From positions 1,990 through 65,989 of the forward strand of contig CALWTF010000010.1 in the NCBI GenBank assembly GCA_944384415.1: a DNA stretch of 64,000 nt, written 5' to 3'. The DNA is from an uncultured Clostridia bacterium. GTDB taxonomy: Bacteria; Bacillota; Clostridia; Christensenellales; UBA1242. The notes below the pieces were generated by a model. The model was not told the origin of the DNA, did no database searches, and saw only the letters and a list, made by a program, of their open reading frames with translations. Position 1 is the first letter of the stretch; every line of letters starts with the position of its first letter. The position numbers and the translations under genes are program-made. Shown one piece after another: positions 56,452 to 64,000 of the stretch.

Positions 56452-57498
56452 ATGAAAACTTTAGAATTTGATAAAAAATTTTATTCGCGCAGAATAGCAG
56501 AGTTTGAGACAAAAAAATTTCTTTCGCAAGAAGAAATTGAAGAGGTACAATCTATGCTTCAAATTATAACTGTTAATAAAGGGGTTTATCTAAAACAAAC
56601 AGAAGCAATGATTGAAATAGATGCTTTTAATCGTTTGCGAAAATTACTTGCAAATAATGGGGCAGAAGAAAAACCAACATTTACTGAATTTACGCACGAA
56701 GCACCTAATTTTGGTGTGGAAAAATCTTTGGCTGAATTTATGAACGAAATGTATTCTATTAAACCACTAAATGATATTAATAATGAAAAGAAAAATTTAA
56801 TAAATGAAATTTGTGCGTTTACTGATTGGGTAAATAAAAAAGAAGGTACAAAAATTTATTTATTGAGAGATATGTTTTTATCATATTTGCTTCAAAGACA
56901 AGTAAATCAAGATAATACTGCAATTCCATTTTTGTTTGGTAGAAAATTGTTAAAATTTTTGACTAATCAAAATGTTAGTAATGATTTTGATTTTGGTGAA
57001 AGTGATGACGAACAAATTTATTTAGATTTTTTATACACTTTGTTTGACGCCGCAGATTTGTATCCAAATGATTTTGAAAGTTTTTTTAATTATTTAAAAC
57101 CTAGATTTTTGGAAAAATTACAAGCATTACCTGATTATTACCAATTTATTAAAAATGAACTTGCTAAAATTAAAAGTAATAAAATATTGGTTGTTGAAAG
57201 CGGAATTATGGGCACAATGCCTTTAATATTAAAAAGTGTTGATGAACGAGTTGATTTTGTTTTATTTGGTACAAATCCAGCTTTTTATCAATTATATAAA
57301 CATCGTTTGTTTACAAAAGATATAGTTAAACTTATAAATCTTGAGCAATCTGTTTGTCAAAATGAATTATTCGTGTTTTCAAGTGTAAAAGATGGTGAAA
57401 TATATATAAAACAAACTACTGATTTATTTAGGTTGGAAGAAAGCAAAAAAGAGATAGCTAATACACTTGCAACTTATATAAAATTACAGAATAAATAA
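56452..57498 (+). CDS. Hypothetical protein (348 aa)
   Basis: ATG after AAGGGTGA. No motif I can assign. Confidence 0.45.
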   Translation: MKTLEFDKKFYSRRIAEFETKKFLSQEEIEEVQSMLQIITVNKGVYLKQTEAMIEIDAFNRLRKLLANNGAEEKPTFTEFTHEAPNFGVEKSLAEFMNEMYSIKPLNDINNEKKNLINEICAFTDWVNKKEGTKIYLLRDMFLSYLLQRQVNQDNTAIPFLFGRKLLKFLTNQNVSNDFDFGESDDEQIYLDFLYTLFDAADLYPNDFESFFNYLKPRFLEKLQALPDYYQFIKNELAKIKSNKILVVESGIMGTMPLILKSVDERVDFVLFGTNPAFYQLYKHRLFTKDIVKLINLEQSVCQNELFVFSSVKDGEIYIKQTTDLFRLEESKKEIANTLATYIKLQNK

Positions 57499-57522
57499 AA
57501 CTCAACTTTATAGTTGAGTTTT
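57497..57522. terminator. Bidirectional hairpin terminator
   Basis: AAAACTCAAC-TTTATA-GTTGAGTTTT between convergent genes. Confidence 0.6.
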
Positions 57523-57557
57523 ATTTATTTAAACCTAAAGTTAATTCCTCTAAACTT

Positions 57558-58606
57558 TCAAAGCCTTCTTTTACATTTTTTCATAAGTTTCACTGTTTTT
57601 TGGGCATTCCATTGTTCACTTTTTTCAGTTGTTGTTTCTGTAAAGCTTTTACTGAAAGATAATGGCTCAAAATCTCCTTGAATTCCATTATTTATAAAAA
57701 GTTCTCTATCAAATTTGTTGCGCATTCGTGTTATATCAATTTCTTTTTGCTGTGCTAAATGTTTTAAAATAAAAGCACCTTGAACTGTTTGACAAAAATC
57801 ATTTATTATAGGATTTTTAAACTGTGACCTTATAATATAGAATTGTGGAAGTATACCTTTTCTTGAAAAGTTTAACCACATTTTGTCTAACTCACTTTTA
57901 TTGTCTAACATATAAATTAAAGTGTTTTGTTTATTATTGTGAGCTAGATTATCTCTTCCGTGGCTATAATCATATTTTCGTGGCAAATAGCACCTGCAAT
58001 ATTTGCTTCTAAAATTGAAGTTTCTAAAAAACGCATTGCAGAATTAGATTCATATCCACCAACAATTTCTACAATGTTAGTAAGTGGAATATTGTATTCA
58101 GCTTTTGAATAATTTTCAAAAACCTTTTTTACAAATTCTATAGTTTTTTGTTTATCACCGATATAATATTCAAGTGCAATTGCCATAGGAATAAATGTTC
58201 CAGCAAGTGAGATATAACTTGCTTATTCTGGCATTGTTGTTCGACAAACAATTGCATCAGGATTATCGTTAAACTTAGGATTAGCTGTAAACAAAATATG
58301 TCTACAATTGTTATCAAACGAATTTGTAACCCCACTATTATTTCCACTATAACTAATTGCAATTACATTATCATAATTTGTTAAATTCATAAATTTTAAT
58401 TCTCTAGGATAGCGACTTTCAGCTACACAACCGTTTTTAGCATTTAAAATTTTTGCCAAGTATTGAGAAACAACACTTGAACCCCCAGAACCTGTACAAA
58501 TTGTACTGCCAGATATTGTGCCAAATTTTTGCTTGATATAATCAAAATCAGTTGCTTCTAGTGCGTCTATTGTTTTAGGTAAAATTTCATCGTAAACACG
58601 ATTCAT
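57558..58606 (-). pseudogene. Disrupted SIS-domain-like (phosphosugar-binding/isomerase-like) gene
   Basis: Three consecutive track ORFs form one reading unit. An in-frame TAA at 58223-58225 interrupts ...TTMPE*ASYISLAGTF.... A -1 frameshift at the T4/A4 run 57975-57978 separates ...AGAICHE from KYDYSHGR. SIS-like motifs: GSGGSSVVSQY and VIAISYSGNN. Confidence 0.6.
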
Positions 58607-58806
58607 TCTTTTAAATTCTATAACTTATTTCTCTCTAATGTAAAATTAACACAAACAATATTTCCTGTCAATATTTTATCCTTAAAATTGGTGTATTTAT
58701 AACAGTTTAATATTTAGTGTTTTAATTCAATTTTTATATTAAATTTATAGTTGATTAATTTTTGAAATAAGTTTATTATATAAACAAATATTTTATGAGG
58801 TGTGAT

Positions 58807-59367
58807 ATGACTATAAAACAGGCATTAGATGTTTTTATCCCTTTTAATTTACAAGAACAAGTTGATAAATTATTTTTTATAAAATGTTTAAATACATTTG
58901 AAGATGTTTTAACACGAGAAAATCAAATTTGCCACATTTGTAGCACTGCTTTTATTGTTAATAAGCAGCGAACAAAGGTTTTATGTGCTCATCATAACAT
59001 TTTTGGCAGTTGGGGGTGGGTAGGTGGACACATAGATGGTGTAAATGATTTGGAATATGTTGCAGAAAAAGAAGCACACGAAGAAACATCAATAAAACAT
59101 TTGAAGTTGCTTTATAACAAACCTATAAGTATAGATAGTTTGCCTGTAGGTGGTCATATTAAAAATGGGAAATATATACCTGCACATTTGCATTTATGTT
59201 TTACTTTTTTATTTGAAGCCGATGAAAATGAAAAGGTAAAAATAAAACCAGATGAAAATTCAGGTGTTAAATGGTTAACTTTTGAGGAATTAATACAAGG
59301 TTGTATAGAGCCTCAAATGGTTGTTGTTTATAGTAAAATAGTTGAAAAAATCAAAAAATTATTTTAA
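58807..59367 (+). CDS. NUDIX hydrolase
   Basis: Nudix box GGHIDGVNDLEYVAEKEAHEETSI (GX5EX7REUXEEXGU-like). ATG 58807 follows GAGGTG; ATG 58795 is an alternative. Confidence 0.78.
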   Translation: MTIKQALDVFIPFNLQEQVDKLFFIKCLNTFEDVLTRENQICHICSTAFIVNKQRTKVLCAHHNIFGSWGWVGGHIDGVNDLEYVAEKEAHEETSIKHLKLLYNKPISIDSLPVGGHIKNGKYIPAHLHLCFTFLFEADENEKVKIKPDENSGVKWLTFEELIQGCIEPQMVVVYSKIVEKIKKLF

Positions 59368-59405
59368 AAAAGAAAAAATATATATAATTTATATATACTT
59401 TTTAC

Positions 59406-59849
59406 TTATTTTTTATTACTTTTATTATATGTTACAAGATTTTGATAAGTTGAATTTATAAAATTACGCTCTTTTTTTTCTGTATCATCTATTAATAAAA
59501 CATTTGCTTTTTCAAAGGTTGCGCCTAAAATAGATTTAAAATCATATCCAGTTATTACAAAGCTTAAAATATTGTCTTTGTTGTTTATTGCAACATTTGA
59601 AACATAGTTTGCGTTAGGATTAGGGCTTGCTGTGTCCATATTAACAAGTGTAAGATTTGCTTTAATAAATTGAAATCTTATTTTTTTATCTGATTTATAA
59701 AGTGCAATGTCTACTGTTAAAGTGTTATTGTCAAGGTCAATTTTTGTTATAATCCCATCAATAACAGTTGGAAAATAACCTAATTTTATTTCGATATTAT
59801 TAAAGTTTTCAAAAATTTCCTTATAACTTTGAAAATTATCCATAAACAC
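59406..59849 (-). CDS. Hypothetical protein (147 aa)
   Basis: ORF only. No recognisable motif and a weak SD. Confidence 0.4.
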   Translation of the reverse strand: MFMDNFQSYKEIFENFNNIEIKLGYFPTVIDGIITKIDLDNNTLTVDIALYKSDKKIRFQFIKANLTLVNMDTASPNPNANYVSNVAINNKDNILSFVITGYDFKSILGATFEKANVLLIDDTEKKERNFINSTYQNLVTYNKSNKK

Positions 59850-60004
59850 CTTATTATGTTAAAATTTTTATTAATTTTATACTATTTTAAACAGTCTGTC
59901 AATTGAGCAATTTTTATTTTTACTAATCCATAATATATTTTATTAAATTTCTTTGCTTTATTTTTTATTTTATGGGATAATATATTAATACAAAGGAGTA
60001 AATT

Positions 60005-61276
60005 ATGTATACACTTAATTTGGTGTTATTTGTTTATTTGATATTAGAACTCTTTTCTATTTTACTATATGTTCCAAGAATGAGTTATTGGTTTCAAGGC
60101 TTTAAAAAGCAAAATAGATTGGTTAACAATGATAAAAACAAGTTTGGATTAATTATTGCAGCAAAAAATGAAAGCAAAATTATTAATACATTATTTAATA
60201 CAATAAAAAAACAAACCTATGATAAAAAATATTATGATATACATATAATTGTAGATAATGAAAATGATTTAACACTTGACATTGCTAAAAGGCAATTTGA
60301 TAATGTTAAAACATATGTAGTTAAAAATCAAACAAAAAAAGCAGATGCTTTAGATGGTTGTTTTAAGGCTATTTTAGCTGATAAAAGTTTAAATTATGAT
60401 GCTTATATAATTATTGATGCTGATGCAATGTTAACCGAAAATTTTTTAGAAGAAATGAATAATGCTATGGTAACTGGTGCCGATGTAATAATTGGAAGAA
60501 AAAGAATTAAAAATTGGGAATCTAAAAACAAAAAGAACAGAAATTTGATTGCTAATATTAGTTCTTTAACTTATGCGGGTGTAGATTCGATGGGAAATAA
60601 AGCTAGGTCTTCTAAAGGTTATGCTATGAACCTTTGTGGACAAGGTATGCTTATTAAAAGCAATGTTATAAAAGACTTGGGCGGATATCCTTTTAAAAGT
60701 TTAACAGAAGATTATGAGTTGGGAATTGAATGTATAAGAAAAAAATATAAAACGCAGTATTATGAATATGCAGAAATTTATACCGAAGAATCACCTTCGC
60801 ACAAGGTTTATAATCAAAGAAGATTTAGATGGTTGAAAGGATATGCACAAAGTAATAAAAAATATAAAAAAGACCTAATAAAACAAACTTTTAAAAATTA
60901 TAAAACTGAAAAAGGGAATTTGGGTTTTTTGTTTGGAACTTATCCACTATTTTTAATTTTTGGTTTTAGTTTTTTAGCAATTTTAATTTTTTTAAGTTAT
61001 TCGGCATACTTCTTGATATGGGGTGTTTTTGACCTTTTTATAAAATCGGTTCTATACGCTTTTATTGTATTTGGGATAATCTATTTTGAATGTTCTTTTT
61101 ATGCGTTTATAACAGTTTTGCAAGATAGAGATATTAATAAAATGACATTCTGGGAGAAAACGAAAGTAGTATTATTTTCACCGTTAATTTTATTAGAATA
61201 TGGATTTATTTTTTTAAAGGTATATTTTAGTGGTGATAATGACCAGTGGATATGTACTGAACGGATTGAGATGTGA
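60005..61276 (+). CDS. Family 2 glycosyltransferase, processive (membrane-embedded, QxxRW type)
   Basis: N-terminal TM. GLIIAAKNES, IIIDADA, TEDYELG and QRRFRWLKG motifs. Four to five C-terminal TM helices. Confidence 0.85.
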   Translation: MYTLNLVLFVYLILELFSILLYVPRMSYWFQGFKKQNRLVNNDKNKFGLIIAAKNESKIINTLFNTIKKQTYDKKYYDIHIIVDNENDLTLDIAKRQFDNVKTYVVKNQTKKADALDGCFKAILADKSLNYDAYIIIDADAMLTENFLEEMNNAMVTGADVIIGRKRIKNWESKNKKNRNLIANISSLTYAGVDSMGNKARSSKGYAMNLCGQGMLIKSNVIKDLGGYPFKSLTEDYELGIECIRKKYKTQYYEYAEIYTEESPSHKVYNQRRFRWLKGYAQSNKKYKKDLIKQTFKNYKTEKGNLGFLFGTYPLFLIFGFSFLAILIFLSYSAYFLIWGVFDLFIKSVLYAFIVFGIIYFECSFYAFITVLQDRDINKMTFWEKTKVVLFSPLILLEYGFIFLKVYFSGDNDQWICTERIEM

Positions 61277-61277
61277 T

Positions 61278-62111
61278 ATGGATAAAAAACAAGTTTTGAT
61301 AAAAATGGAACAAAATGAAAAGTTAGGTAAATTAAATGAACATGTTTGTCCAATCAATTATAATTCTATGTTAAAAGTTGAAGACAATTATAATTATTTA
61401 AGGCCTGGCTTTTTTAATAAAATTGGTAAATTTTTTGCAAGGGAATTATTAAAGCTTGCAAGTTTGATATTTTCGTCTCATTTTAAATTGAAAGTTTATG
61501 GAAAAGAAAATATAAAGGGTGTTAAAAAAGCAATAATTACTTCAAACCATATTAGTTATTTTGATTGTGCTTTAATAAAAAAGCCTTTCTTTAGAAAAAA
61601 AATTTATTATACTGTTGGTGAATTTAATAACTTTAAAGGTATTGGCGGCAGTTTGTTAAGATGTGCAGGAACAATGCCTTTCAGTGGAAATTTTGAAGCA
61701 ATGAAAAATTTTATTAAGGCAACCAAAATTTTATTACAAAAAGACAATTTTATTGTGTTTTATCCTGAGGGAGCTTTGTGGTGGTGTTATGAAAAACCAA
61801 GACCTATGTATAATGGGGCGTTTATGTTAGCAGTAAAAAACGAAGTTCCAATTATTCCGTTATTTTTTACATTTAAAAATTTAAAAAAGAAAAAAGATGG
61901 TAGTTATAAAAAACGGTATTACTTACATATCGGAAAACCTATTTATATTGATAAACAAAAAAGTTCTAGTGAAAATATCAAAATTTTAAAAGAAAAAAAT
62001 TTTAAATTTTGTAAAAATGTTTATGAAGATTTTTATGGTAAAAAGTTGAAATATGAATGTGGAGATATAAATATAAATGCGGAAATTAATAATACCATAC
62101 AATACAAATAA
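61278..62111 (+). CDS. Lysophospholipid (1-acyl-sn-glycerol-3-phosphate-type) acyltransferase
   Basis: HX4D motif SNHISYFDC and block III FYPEGA. The ATG lies 1 nt after the GT2 stop. Confidence 0.8.
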   Translation: MDKKQVLIKMEQNEKLGKLNEHVCPINYNSMLKVEDNYNYLRPGFFNKIGKFFARELLKLASLIFSSHFKLKVYGKENIKGVKKAIITSNHISYFDCALIKKPFFRKKIYYTVGEFNNFKGIGGSLLRCAGTMPFSGNFEAMKNFIKATKILLQKDNFIVFYPEGALWWCYEKPRPMYNGAFMLAVKNEVPIIPLFFTFKNLKKKKDGSYKKRYYLHIGKPIYIDKQKSSSENIKILKEKNFKFCKNVYEDFYGKKLKYECGDININAEINNTIQYK

Positions 62112-62153
62112 TTATTTAAAAATAAAATGATAAACATAGATTAAATCAAGTAT

Positions 62154-62185
62154 AAAAAAGCACTTACTTATTTAGTGCTTTTTTT
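62154..62185. terminator. Bidirectional hairpin terminator
   Basis: AAAAAAGCACT-TACTTATTT-AGTGCTTTTTTT. Confidence 0.65.
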
Positions 62186-62273
62186 AATTATTAAAAGTTA
62201 TTTATTAAATTTTACATTAAAGTTAGGGGAATAACTTTCATGTTTTAGTTAATAAAATACAAAAAATTTTTAA

Positions 62274-62486
62274 TTATTGTCCGTTACGTATTTGTTTTAT
62301 TTCAATTTCACTTTTTGGTGATTCTAAAGTTGAACAGTCGCAAATTGAACATTTATATTTTTTGCAAGAATGATAAATTAAGTAAGGAACTACACCTGTA
62401 AACATACAAGCAAATAATCCAAATCTTTTTTTATGACCCTCTACATTTCGTTGACAATTTGGGCAATATTTTTTTGCACTACTCAT
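62274..62486 (-). CDS. Small zinc-ribbon protein with a central hydrophobic segment
   Basis: CPNC...(FGLFACMFTGVVPYLIY)...CSIC. AAAGGAGAAAAAAT SD. Confidence 0.45.
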   Translation of the reverse strand: MSSAKKYCPNCQRNVEGHKKRFGLFACMFTGVVPYLIYHSCKKYKCSICDCSTLESPKSEIEIKQIRNGQ

Positions 62487-62725
62487 ATTTTTTCTCCTTT
62501 TGTATTTTTTTGAATTAAAATTTAATAAAAAGATTTTGTTTTGTCATATGTGATATTTTAATTCAAATTTAATATATATATAACATACTATGTAATAAAA
62601 GTAAAGCAAAATCACATAGATGGTGATAAAATAATTCTAAAAATTAAATTTTGCTTGGTATATTGTGTATATATTAATTAAATAAAGGGTTATAATTTAT
62701 GCATAGGGAAATAAGGTGTTTTGTT

Positions 62726-63040
62726 ATGTGTAAAGAAGAAATAATAAATAGAATAAGTAAAGCTAGAACAAAAGCTAATTTATCCGCTCGTGCACTTTCG
62801 TGTAGAATTGGTATGAACCCTGGATATATAAATAGACTTGAATCAAAACGAGATTTTTTACCAAGTACCGAAGCAATGTTAAAAATAATAGAGGAATGTG
62901 GATTAACCGAGGTACAGTTTTTTTATTATGATATAGATGCTTATGAAAAAGATAAAAATATAATTGAAATTTTATCAACAATTAGTTCTGAAAAAAAAGA
63001 TGCTATTATAACTTTATTAACGAATAATAAATTGGGGTAA
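62726..63040 (+). CDS. XRE-family helix-turn-helix transcriptional regulator
   Basis: RISKARTKANLSARALSCRIGMNPGYINRLESKR is a typical Cro/C1 HTH. ATG after AAGGTG. Confidence 0.8.
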   Translation: MCKEEIINRISKARTKANLSARALSCRIGMNPGYINRLESKRDFLPSTEAMLKIIEECGLTEVQFFYYDIDAYEKDKNIIEILSTISSEKKDAIITLLTNNKLG

Positions 63041-63060
63041 TTAAATTTAAAACTAAACAA

Positions 63061-63094
63061 AAAAATGATGTGATTTCTTTTCACATCATTTTTT
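63061..63094. terminator. Bidirectional hairpin terminator
   Basis: AAAAATGATGTGA-TTTCTTT-TCACATCATTTTT between convergent genes. Confidence 0.7.
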
Positions 63095-63122
63095 ACATAT
63101 TCTAGTTTTAGTAATTAGTTAT

Positions 63123-64000
63123 TTACATAAGTGGTGATAATATTCTTAAAATACCAACTTTTATTCTAGAAAAAATATTTTTCTTTTTAAGTTGTTCTTT
63201 TGTAATGAAAGAACTATTAAAAAAGGTTTTTTCAAAGTCATTTGACACTTTTTTCATAATTTCTTCATCATTTGTATAAACTGCACTTTCAAATTGTTGA
63301 TAAAAACTACGCATATCCATATTAATTGAACCAACAATAGCACTATAATCGGTTAAAATGATTTTGCTATGAACAAAACTGTCATTCATTAAATAAATTT
63401 TTACACCATATGGAATTAATTTTTTAGCATTATCTAATGTTATAGTGTAAACATATTTTTTATCAGGTATTTGCGGTATAATTATTCTAACATCTATGCC
63501 TGACAAAGCTTTGTTTTTTAATGTTTCTAATATACCATCATCAGGTACTAAATATGGTGTCATTATGTAAACTTTTTCTTGTGAATTAGAAATAACATTT
63601 AAGAACATATCGTGACCAATGTGGTGGGAATATTCTAATCCGTCAACAAATGGCGTTACTGCATAATTGTTTTTATAATTAATGCTTTTGTTTAAATATA
63701 AAGAATAATTAATGTTTGTTTTTGTTATAAATTCCCACTGTCTTAAAAAACTTGTTGTAAAAGTGTCAACACATTTTCCTTGCATTTTAATACCACAATC
63801 TTTCCAGTAACCATATGTTCTTTTTTCGTTAATATATTCATCTGCTAAGTTGGCACCACCAGTATAGGCAATCTTTCCATCAATTATAACTAATTTTCTA
63901 TGATTTCTATAATTCATTGCAACACTAAATATAGGAACAAGCCTATTAAATGAAACAATCTTTATTCCCATTTTTTTTATTTGTTTTTTTGTTCTAAATT
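63123..64000 (-). CDS. cls: Cardiolipin synthase (phospholipase D family), 5' end beyond the window
   Basis: Two HKD motifs, NHRKLVIIDGKIAYTGGAN and VHSKIILTDYSAIVGSINMD. The frame stays open upstream of the track's Met (..FRTKKQIKKMGIK) to the window edge. Confidence 0.85.
   Translation of the reverse strand, partial: FRTKKQIKKMGIKIVSFNRLVPIFSVAMNYRNHRKLVIIDGKIAYTGGANLADEYINEKRTYGYWKDCGIKMQGKCVDTFTTSFLRQWEFITKTNINYSLYLNKSINYKNNYAVTPFVDGLEYSHHIGHDMFLNVISNSQEKVYIMTPYLVPDDGILETLKNKALSGIDVRIIIPQIPDKKYVYTITLDNAKKLIPYGVKIYLMNDSFVHSKIILTDYSAIVGSINMDMRSFYQQFESAVYTNDEEIMKKVSNDFEKTFFNSSFITKEQLKKKNIFSRIKVGILRILSPLM

Noticed and set aside
58223-58225. In-frame TAA considered as possible stop-codon reassignment or readthrough.
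   Set aside because: TAA is used as the normal terminator of many well-supported genes in this window, and the same gene also carries a frameshift. A pseudogene or sequencing error is the simpler explanation.
59373-59403. AT-only hairpin (AAAAAATATATATA-ATT-TATATATACTTTTT) between the NUDIX gene and the 147-aa ORF, as a possible terminator.
   Set aside because: The stem consists only of A-T pairs with a mismatch. It is plausible as a weak bidirectional terminator but too unstable to call with confidence.
62545-62630. Short inverted and direct repeats in the Zn-ribbon / XRE divergent region: ATGTGAT at 62548 versus ATCACAT at 62611, and TCAC-N7-GTGA at 62612-62626.
   Set aside because: The arms are only 4-7 bp in a 240-nt AT-rich spacer. 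That is too short to distinguish from chance without comparative data.

Overview
AT-rich (about 30% GC by eye, not computed) chromosomal segment of a low-GC Firmicutes-type bacterium using the standard code 11. No homology search was run, so all calls rest on motifs I recognise and on gene order.

Layout:
- 1-34 kb is mostly housekeeping. It holds rpmG-secE-nusG, coaD plus a coaE fusion, and a heterodimeric ABC exporter. It also holds a block syntenic with the B. subtilis yqf region (yqfC-yqfD-ybeY-cdd-like-era-yqzL-recO-dnaG-sigA-trmK), then groES-groEL, a glycerol / glycerol-3-phosphate module and a dCMP deaminase.
- 34-64 kb looks more accessory. It has an AraC-controlled nitroreductase plus radical-SAM-like pair and a 2194-aa TM-anchored surface protein. 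It also has a 1382-aa lipoprotein (1394-aa track ORF), one tRNA-Arg(ACG), several orphan ORFs and a decayed SIS-like gene. A GT2 + acyltransferase pair, an XRE regulator and a partial cardiolipin synthase complete it.

I saw no rRNA, CRISPR array, transposase, integrase or phage genes.

Most unusual observations:
1. Two complete primary-type sigma-70 genes sit in tandem after dnaG. The second carries a Trp-to-Thr change in the region 2.3 melting motif, and both share an identical 63-bp tract in region 4.2.
2. A near-identical 32-bp promoter/operator-like element is duplicated in front of the nitroreductase and of a radical-SAM-like gene with a CX4CX2C motif, next to a divergent AraC/GyrI regulator.
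3. A polytopic membrane protein ends in 99-bp tandem repeats that encode a Pro/Gln/Asn/Met-rich tail.
4. Several enzyme homologues have lost catalytic residues (Cdd-like, PHP-like) or have unusual domain architecture (CoaE-MBL fusion, stand-alone GlmU acetyltransferase domain, extended SecE).

I cannot point to a recognisable defence or mobile system. The candidates above are offered as leads, not as established novel systems.
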